15,830 nt of DNA from Myxococcota bacterium (GTDB lineage: Bacteria; Myxococcota; SpSt-1050), in assembly GCA_049969675.1 (NCBI GenBank), contig JBMFOP010000070.1:1-15830 (forward strand), written 5' to 3'. This document shows, in pieces, positions 9,030-15,332 of this stretch; position 1 is the first letter of the stretch; the number at the start of each line of letters is the position of its first letter. The position numbers were made by a program, and so were the translations under genes. The notes beneath the pieces are model-generated. The model saw only the letters and a list, made by a program, of their open reading frames with translations, ran no database searches and was not told the origin of the DNA.

Positions 9030-10340
9030 ATGGATATAATACTACTATCCCGTATACAATTTGCCCTTACAGCGGCATTCCATTTCATCTTTCCACCAGT
9101 CACCATAGGGATGGGGCTAATTATCTTCATAAATGAATTTTTATATTACAAGACTTCGGAGGAGATATATAAAGCCATCTCAAAATTTCTTATAAAGATT
9201 TTTTCAATTTTATTTGCATCAGGGGTCGCAACAGGAATAATCCTTGAATTTCAATTCGGCACCAACTGGTCAAGATATTCTGAATTTGTCGGCGACATAT
9301 TTGGCTCACCACTTGCCGCAGAAGCGATATTTGCCTTCTTTCTGGAATCCACATTTCTGGGCGTTTTAATCTTCGGACGAGAGAAGGTAAACAAAAGATT
9401 TTATATGATTTCCACATTTTTAGTATTTCTGGGTTCTGTGCTCTCTGCATTCTGGATAATAGTTGCTAACTCGTGGATGCAGACCCCGGCCGGATTTGAG
9501 ATTTCAGGGAACAGGGCTGTCATTACAGACTTCTTTAGCGCAGTATTTAATCCCTCCACAATGCCGAGATTCATTCACACAGTTACTGGCTCAATAATTA
9601 CTGGCTCTTTTATAATTATGGCTATCGCTGCATATATGCTCCTAAAAAAGAGTGATAGTGAATTTGCAAAAAGGCTTATCACATTATCACTTATAATTTC
9701 AGCCATATTCTCGGTTACCGAACTGTTTATAGGTCACTGGCACGCCGTTCAGGTTACAAAGACTCAACCAGTTAAAATGGCTGCATTTGAGGGATTATTC
9801 AAGACCCAGAGAGGTGCACCGATGTCTTTATTTGGAATACCAGACAAAGATAAGGAGGAACTGCTCTTTCCTATCACAATCCCGAAGATGCTATCAATTA
9901 TGGCAGAGTTTGACCCCAATGCCGAGATAAAAGGACTTGACTCTGTAGATAAATCACTATGGCCACCGCTCAGGACCACATTCTTCTCCTATCACATAAT
10001 GATTGGACTCGGGTTATACTTTATCGGGCTGACACTACTCGGGCTATTCCTCCTGTATAAAAAAATATTATTCAAAAATGTCCTCTTTCTAAAATTGCTG
10101 GTTCTATCTGGCATCTTGCCATTTATAACTATGCAGATGGGATGGGTTGCAGCAGAGGTCGGAAGACAGCCCTGGATTGTATATAATCTTATGAAGACTG
10201 CTGATGGTATATCTGTTGTCACCACGCCCTCTCAGGTGTTGTTCTCAATCATCCTGTTCTCACTCATATTTTTATGCATCCTTCTACTGGTGATTTATCT
10301 TATTAGAAGAGAAATAATAAGACAGACCGCTTCAATATAA
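9030..10340 (+). CDS. cydA: Cytochrome bd quinol oxidase subunit I (short Q-loop type)
   Basis: Motifs RIQFALTAAFHFIF, EFQFGTNW, AFFLES, NSWMQTP, RFIH, QPVKMAAFEG, HIM and GWVAAEVGRQPW. SD AGGAGGT at 9020-9026. 436 aa. Confidence 0.97.
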   Translation: MDIILLSRIQFALTAAFHFIFPPVTIGMGLIIFINEFLYYKTSEEIYKAISKFLIKIFSILFASGVATGIILEFQFGTNWSRYSEFVGDIFGSPLAAEAIFAFFLESTFLGVLIFGREKVNKRFYMISTFLVFLGSVLSAFWIIVANSWMQTPAGFEISGNRAVITDFFSAVFNPSTMPRFIHTVTGSIITGSFIIMAIAAYMLLKKSDSEFAKRLITLSLIISAIFSVTELFIGHWHAVQVTKTQPVKMAAFEGLFKTQRGAPMSLFGIPDKDKEELLFPITIPKMLSIMAEFDPNAEIKGLDSVDKSLWPPLRTTFFSYHIMIGLGLYFIGLTLLGLFLLYKKILFKNVLFLKLLVLSGILPFITMQMGWVAAEVGRQPWIVYNLMKTADGISVVTTPSQVLFSIILFSLIFLCILLLVIYLIRREIIRQTASI

Positions 10341-10351
10341 AGGAGTTATCT

Positions 10352-11368
10352 ATGATACTAAACAATATCTGGTATATCCTCATCGGAGTAGTTTTTACAG
10401 TATATATTATTCTGGATGGTTTTGACCTTGGGGTCGGAATCCTTAATAGATTTTTAGGCAGAACCGATGAGGAGAGAAGAAGGCTCTATTATTCAATCGG
10501 TCCATTCTGGGATGGTAATGAAGTATGGTTGCTTACGGGTGGTGGTGCCCTATTTGCAGCATTTCCTGTAGTTTATGCCTCCGTATTCTCCGGATTTTAC
10601 ATAGCCCTCATACTACTACTCTTCTTTCTGATTCTTAGAATAATTGCACTTGAATTTAGAAATAAATTTGAAGATGAAAAGATTAGAGTCTTCTTTGACA
10701 ATATTTTTATGACATCCAGCCTCATAATAGTCATCTTACTCGGTGTGGCACTTGGAAATATTACAAGAGGTATTGGGCTTGTGGATGGAAAGCACTACTA
10801 CGGAGGACTGTCGGGATTACTTAATCCATATTCCATATTTATTGGACTTTATGCGGTCTCTGTTGTCCTGATGCACGCTACATCTTACATTATGATTAAA
10901 CTTGATGGAGATATAAGAGAGAGGGCAAAAAGATTAAATAGAAATCTTATTAAGTTGAATGTCGTCCTTTATATCCTCAATATCGTCTTTACAAGATTGG
11001 CTGCACCTATGAGATTTGAAAATTACTCTAATGCACCTATATTATATATCTTACTTTTACTTCCACCCTTATTCCTGTTCCTTGCAATTTTATTTAACAG
11101 GGGCGATAACGATACGAAGAACTTTATAGCAAGTTCATTATTTATCACAACACAGATGCTTATATTCGGTGTAGGAAATTATCCATACTTTGTCCCATCC
11201 ATAGATGGAGGTGGTGGGCTTGATATTATCAATTCTGCATCCACAAATGTTACTCTAAGGAATATGCTCATTATCACATTGATAGGACTGCCTTTTGTGA
11301 TCTTTTATACTATCTATGTTCACAGGATATTTGGGGGGAAGGTAAAAGAAGGGGAAAATCTATATTGA
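10352..11368 (+). CDS. cydB: Cytochrome bd quinol oxidase subunit II
   Basis: Motifs LDGFDLGVG and IGPFWDGNEVWLLTGGGALFAAFP. Polytopic membrane protein 11 nt after cydA. Confidence 0.97.
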   Translation: MILNNIWYILIGVVFTVYIILDGFDLGVGILNRFLGRTDEERRRLYYSIGPFWDGNEVWLLTGGGALFAAFPVVYASVFSGFYIALILLLFFLILRIIALEFRNKFEDEKIRVFFDNIFMTSSLIIVILLGVALGNITRGIGLVDGKHYYGGLSGLLNPYSIFIGLYAVSVVLMHATSYIMIKLDGDIRERAKRLNRNLIKLNVVLYILNIVFTRLAAPMRFENYSNAPILYILLLLPPLFLFLAILFNRGDNDTKNFIASSLFITTQMLIFGVGNYPYFVPSIDGGGGLDIINSASTNVTLRNMLIITLIGLPFVIFYTIYVHRIFGGKVKEGENLY

Positions 11369-11378
11369 AAATTAAAGA

Positions 11379-11996
11379 TTATTCCTCATCCTTGCCAGCT
11401 GGTATGGCTTTAATCGTTGCCTTACCACCTTTTACAGATATCTTAAACTCTATATTATCAGTCTTATATTTCTCTTTTAATATGGGCAGTTGTCTTTCAA
11501 GTGATTTCTTAAAGGCTTCAACTGTAATATTTCCAGTGGATTCACCGAGCGTCTGTTTTACCTGCACATAGGAATCATATAATTCCTTTATATATTCATC
11601 TGAGAGTCCTCTTGAAGTTGCACGCTTCTCCAATACATTCTCATCTTCTTCCCCGATTACATAGACATCCTTCTTCTTATAGGCCTCCTTTGCAAACTCC
11701 CTCTGAATAATCTGCCTCTTCATCAACTCCCTCTGATATGTCCCATCCTCAATCTGCTGTAATATCCTGTCCCAGTATCTTTGATAACTATTATATTTTG
11801 CAGAGAGGCTCTTAAGTCTATATCGCTGTCCAGAATTTGTGATAAATGCATTCAAAAGTTCTCTTAATTTTCTCTCCACCTGATCTCTTTCGGCATTAGG
11901 TGGTTTCTTTTCCAGACCGAAGAAGAAGAGCTCATACCTCTTCTTTAGGTCCTCAATCATATTCTCAAGCCTCGTAATCTCTGCATTAAAATCCAT
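11379..11996 (-). CDS. Conserved hypothetical protein, MXAN_5187 C-terminal-domain-like
   Basis: N-terminal LKKRYELFFFGLEKKPP...YQRYWDRILQQIEDGTY and C-terminal IKELYDSYVQVKQTLGE...IEFKISVKGGKATIKA. This resembles the myxobacterial/deltaproteobacterial family as I recall it; not searched. Confidence 0.75.
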   Translation of the reverse strand: MDFNAEITRLENMIEDLKKRYELFFFGLEKKPPNAERDQVERKLRELLNAFITNSGQRYRLKSLSAKYNSYQRYWDRILQQIEDGTYQRELMKRQIIQREFAKEAYKKKDVYVIGEEDENVLEKRATSRGLSDEYIKELYDSYVQVKQTLGESTGNITVEAFKKSLERQLPILKEKYKTDNIEFKISVKGGKATIKAIPAGKDEE

Positions 11997-12002
11997 ATAG
12001 AT

Positions 12003-12031
12003 AGGATAATATCTTTAACAACAGGTGTCAA
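12003..12031 (-). promoter_or_regulatory. Sigma70-type promoter positioned for a leaderless transcript of the 11379-11996 gene
   Basis: Minus strand TTGACA (12031-12026), 17-nt spacer, TATCCT (12008-12003), 6 nt, then ATG (11996). No SD upstream of the ATG. Confidence 0.6.
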
Positions 12032-12312
12032 ATAAATGATTACATCCTGTCTAAAAAAAATAATAGTTCATTATTCAGAATTATGTTGACTGGATAAATA
12101 CAATTGCCCATAAACAAAAGTGGAATGTTAAATTAGTGTGTCATAGTTCATATGAATTTAGAAATACTAAACATTGTTATGCGGCAAAATCACATAATTG
12201 TATCAATTTGCCATAGAGGAGAACCACATCTGTACGAGATTTTTTTTTGAACCAAAAAACACGTTAGTGTTAGATTATTTTGTTAAACGAATGCCGGAAA
12301 GGAGGTGTAAAT

Positions 12313-12689
12313 ATATCCTTATCTCTGGACAAATTTACGATTGGCAAAGCAAATTCTATAAGATATTTACAAAGGGTGAGCTTTTTATCTGAGATAGGTT
12401 CAACATCATCAGAGTATAGTGCCTATACACCAATAACCCATTTTGAGTGGATTGATGAATTTAAGAAGGGGAGGTAACCAATATAAGAGACTATCAGGAG
12501 CAGGTGGATATGCTTGAGGGGGATTTGGCAGTCTTTTTAGATAGTAATGAATTAAGGGGAGGTAAAAGACTAAAAGGGGTTATAATATTCAGTGATGACC
12601 TGATTCCAGAGAAGAGCCAGTTATTCTGGTATATCTTCCCACCTACCGACAAAGCATCTGATGGGTGGATAAAATTGTTATCAAAATAA
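12313..12689 (+). pseudogene. Probable degraded gene of unknown family (about 125 codons if one frameshift is repaired)
   Basis: Perfect SD AAAGGAGGTG (12298-12307) followed 5 nt later by in-frame ATA. The frame is open to TAA 12475-12477. The -1 frame opens at 12465 and runs to TAA 12687-12689. Joined reading: ...HFEWIDEFKKG/EVTNIRDYQEQVDMLEGDLAVFLD...KGVIIFSDD. Confidence 0.45.
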
Positions 12690-12707
12690 GGTTATGTGAG
12701 GTTTAGT

Positions 12708-13196
12708 ATGAGAACAGAGGTATATATTAAACGATTCATTTTTTTGGTGTCAATGAGCAATATATTATTTTTTTCAACGGGTTGTTATAATGAGAGGACT
12801 TATGGGATAGCAGGTGATGCATTTTTAGATGTATGTGTGCCCGATTGCAGAGAGAAGGAGTGTGGAGATGATGGGTGTTGAGAGAGTTGCGGGAGTTATG
12901 AGAGTTGTGGTAGTAATGCTAGTTGCAATGTAAATAAGTGTGTCTGTAATTCTGGATATGCCAATTGTGATAATCAATGGAGTAATGGATGTGAGACAAC
13001 TGGAGATCCCAAACATGTATGGAGTAAGAGCCTCGGCGATTGTGAGGATGATTATGGTTCTTCCGTCTCAGTGGATGCAGGTGGGAATGTGTATGGGACT
13101 GGATATTTTAGTAGTTCTCCAATAAATTTTGGTGGATGCAATTTCAATAGCGCTTGTAATAATTATGATATTTATCTTATAAAATACGCACCGTGA
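12708..13196 (+). pseudogene. Cys-rich lipoprotein with SBBP-like beta-propeller repeat, interrupted by one in-frame TGA (12879-12881)
   Basis: Single frame: MRTEVYIKRFIFLVSMSNILFFSTG-C (lipobox-like) ...CVPDCREKECGDDGC*ESCGSYESCGSNASCNVNKCVCNSGYANCDNQWSNGCETTGDPKHVWSKSLGDCEDDYGSSVSVDAGGNVYGTGYFSSSPINFGGCNFNSACNNYDIYLIKYAP*. GAGG SD at 12698-12701. Confidence 0.8.
12882..12926 (+). repeat. 18-bp imperfect tandem repeat, about 2.5 copies, encoding ESCGSY/ESCGSN/ASC
   Basis: GAGAGTTGCGGGAGTTAT / GAGAGTTGTGGTAGTAAT / GCTAGTTGC. The first two copies are identical at 15 of 18 positions. Confidence 0.6.
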
Positions 13197-13202
13197 ATGT
13201 AA

Positions 13203-13250
13203 GTCCATAGCCACAGACAATAGTCAACGGTCCATAGTTTATAATCCATA
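13203..13250 (+). repeat. Degenerate heptamer tandem array (consensus GTCCATA, 7 units)
   Basis: GTCCATA GCCACA GACAATA GTCAACG GTCCATA GTTTATA ATCCATA, starting 6 nt after the lipoprotein-frame stop. Confidence 0.75.
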
Positions 13251-13396
13251 GTGTCTTATTTATGGTAAATAACATTGAAGGCTATTTGAGTTTGACATCA
13301 TTTTAATTGATAATGGAGAAAAGGGACAACCTGATTTTGAAAATATGGATTTAATAGTCCAGAATCCTTATTATTCTGAACAGCGGTGAGGTAGAC

Positions 13397-15316
13397 CTAT
13401 TTCAATGAGTTTAGACTATTCTTGGCCGCTGGGGCATCGGGACCATCCGGACACTGTTCAAGGTACATCTGATAGTATTTCTTTGCCTCAGCATTCTTTT
13501 TTAGATACTTATTTGCCTCGCCCAGACCCATATAGCCATCACATTTATTTCCTTTTAGCTTTATTGCACGAGAAAATGCACTTACAGCCTGTTCATTCTT
13601 CCCTGCATCTATATACATCCATCCCATAGCGAGGAACGGTTCAGCAAGACCCGGCTCAATCTCAGCTGCCTGTAAAAATGTATCTGCCGCCTTGTCGTAT
13701 TGTCCCTTCTTTGCAAACTGCTTTGCCTGTTTTATAAGTTGTGCATAATTACCTGCCACCTTCCCCTCTGTCGCAACTACCTTCTCTGCCTTTGGCTTTG
13801 CCAAAACTGCTTCTTCTTTCTTCTCTTTTGATTCAGATGGCCTCTCTTCCATCTTTGACGGTTCAGTGCCCTTCCCTACCTCTCTCTTCTTCTCTTCCAC
13901 CGTCTGTCCCTCTACCTTCTTCTCCTCCGCCTTTCCCTCCTCTGGTTTTACCTGTGTATCCTCTACCTTTGAGACCTGTCCGCCTCTGGTGATATTGATT
14001 AGCTCCTCAATATGCCCCTTCAGAGACTTTGCCACCGAATTGGAGGGATTTGTATTTAGAATGGTATTAATCGCCTCAACCGCCTTATCATACTCTCCCT
14101 TTGCAACATAATATCTGGCGAGCATAAAATAAGGGAGTATAAAGCCCTTTTCAGAATCCGCTGCCTCTCTTACAAGTTTTATACCCTCTTCTGACCTCTG
14201 CTCATCTGTCTTGAGGAGCAGGTCACCCTCTATAAACTTTAATCTATTTGCATAAGCAAAATCTTTTATTCCTTTTAATTCTTTGAGGATCTCCTTACCC
14301 TTCTCTGCAGAACCTTTATCAAAGATTGATTGTATTCTGATGTATTCAAGGGCTATATATTTTGCAATTGGTTTTGAGCCAAAATTCATATCCAGCCTCT
14401 TAAGTTCAGTAGATGTTTGATTGGAGAGGTCCTGAATTAACCTCTGTCTCTCATTAAAACCCTCATTCAACTTTTTTGCCACCTCACTGTATCTATCAAC
14501 CTTGAGTGTCTCCCTGATTCTCTTCTCAACAACAAAGTTTTCAAGCTTTAAGAGTTCACCTCTCAATAGTAGCGAATATGTATATGCGGCAAGCACCTCA
14601 ACTTTTGGGGGCCTCTCTGGATTCTTCATAAATTGATTTAAGGTATCATACGCCTTTTCAAGATTAACATAGTCTAAAAGGAGCATCTCCTGTTCAGCCG
14701 TCCTTATAGCCGATAACTCCTCCTCTGTCAGCTTTGTACCAAATACCTTATCCCTGAACAAAAAGAGTACCACCGCCACAACAACTATAATTATGATACC
14801 TATCGCTACCAGAAGACCGCCCTTCTTCCCCTTCTTCTTAGGTCTCCCGTAAATATCAATGTCCTCATCCTCAGGTATACTTATTGGAGTCACCACCGAC
14901 TGCACTGGTGGAGTAGAAAGACTCTGCTCAGGTTGTGGCTCCTTTTTCTCAGCAGATGTTGCACCCGACTTATGATCTGCCTCCTGTTGACGATTCCTTT
15001 TTATAAAGAGCGGGGCAAATTCTGGCATATCGGACAACTTTTTATAAGAGAGTCCGTCCTTTGAAATCATATCCTCCAGATGAGCCTTATGTTCCAGAAT
15101 CAACTTTTGAAGTTCGCCAAGGTGAGCAAAATTAATTATAGTTCCATCAGGCCTCTTCAGGTGCCAGGAAGATACTGGTTGAACAGACGGGGCAGTGGGC
15201 GGGATTACCTTAAAAACATTATGACAGGTTGTACACTTTACATTTGCCCCCTCTAATGGCAGATGTACCTCATCAAGGTGATAAATGGTTTGACACTTTG
15301 GACATTTGACTTCCAT
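13397..15316 (-). CDS. Zinc-ribbon (MJ0042-type) / GYF_2-like / transmembrane / TPR protein
   Basis: N-terminal CPKC-x19-CTTC. GYF_2-like segment WHLKRPDG...ELQKLILE...DMISKDGLSYKKLSDMPEF. Basic patch followed by a TM helix (LLVAIGIIIIVVVAVVLFLF), central and C-terminal TPRs, and an E/K-rich linker. SD AAGGAG upstream. Confidence 0.88.
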   Translation of the reverse strand: MEVKCPKCQTIYHLDEVHLPLEGANVKCTTCHNVFKVIPPTAPSVQPVSSWHLKRPDGTIINFAHLGELQKLILEHKAHLEDMISKDGLSYKKLSDMPEFAPLFIKRNRQQEADHKSGATSAEKKEPQPEQSLSTPPVQSVVTPISIPEDEDIDIYGRPKKKGKKGGLLVAIGIIIIVVVAVVLFLFRDKVFGTKLTEEELSAIRTAEQEMLLLDYVNLEKAYDTLNQFMKNPERPPKVEVLAAYTYSLLLRGELLKLENFVVEKRIRETLKVDRYSEVAKKLNEGFNERQRLIQDLSNQTSTELKRLDMNFGSKPIAKYIALEYIRIQSIFDKGSAEKGKEILKELKGIKDFAYANRLKFIEGDLLLKTDEQRSEEGIKLVREAADSEKGFILPYFMLARYYVAKGEYDKAVEAINTILNTNPSNSVAKSLKGHIEELINITRGGQVSKVEDTQVKPEEGKAEEKKVEGQTVEEKKREVGKGTEPSKMEERPSESKEKKEEAVLAKPKAEKVVATEGKVAGNYAQLIKQAKQFAKKGQYDKAADTFLQAAEIEPGLAEPFLAMGWMYIDAGKNEQAVSAFSRAIKLKGNKCDGYMGLGEANKYLKKNAEAKKYYQMYLEQCPDGPDAPAAKNSLNSLK

Positions 15317-15332
15317 ATTAAATCTCCTTTTT

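Noticed and set aside
7308..10225. Small ORFs inside the plus-strand genes (7308, 7358, 7618, 7978, 8073, 8673, 9190, 9764, 9992)
   Set aside because: Antisense or out-of-frame overlaps of longer supported CDSs, with no recognisable motifs.
12198..12392. 64-aa TTG-start ORF
   Set aside because: No SD and no recognisable motif. It overlaps the better-supported frame behind the SD at 12298-12307.
12040..12400. Integron attC site, riboswitch or sigma54 promoter in the AT-rich spacer (GTTAGAT, GGCAAA...TTTGCC, TTGGCA, palindrome TTCATATGAA at 12147-12156)
   Set aside because: No matching RYYYAAC for an attC, no GG-N10-GC spacing, and no recognisable riboswitch core. Short AT-rich palindromes are expected by chance.
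12879..12881. Genome-wide TGA reassignment (TGA=Gly or Trp) to explain the in-frame TGA
   Set aside because: nnr, acpS, scpB, the M50 protease, the 5935-6507 lipoprotein and cydB all end at TGA at expected positions, and none of the long genes contains an internal TGA.
12882..12935. Bacterial SECIS hairpin after the TGA
   Set aside because: The downstream sequence is G/T/A-rich with very few C, and I could not build a convincing stem by eye. The motif position corresponds to Gly rather than Cys.
12825..13125. ORFs 12825-13016 (-) and 12940-13125 (+)
   Set aside because: Alternative frames of the Cys-rich/SBBP lipoprotein frame, which carries the recognisable motifs.
13120..13196. Diversity-generating retroelement variable or template repeat (AAT-rich 3' end)
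   Set aside because: No second near-identical copy differing at adenines and no reverse transcriptase in the window.
13203..13250. CRISPR array
   Set aside because: Units are 7 nt and contiguous, with no spacers and no cas genes.
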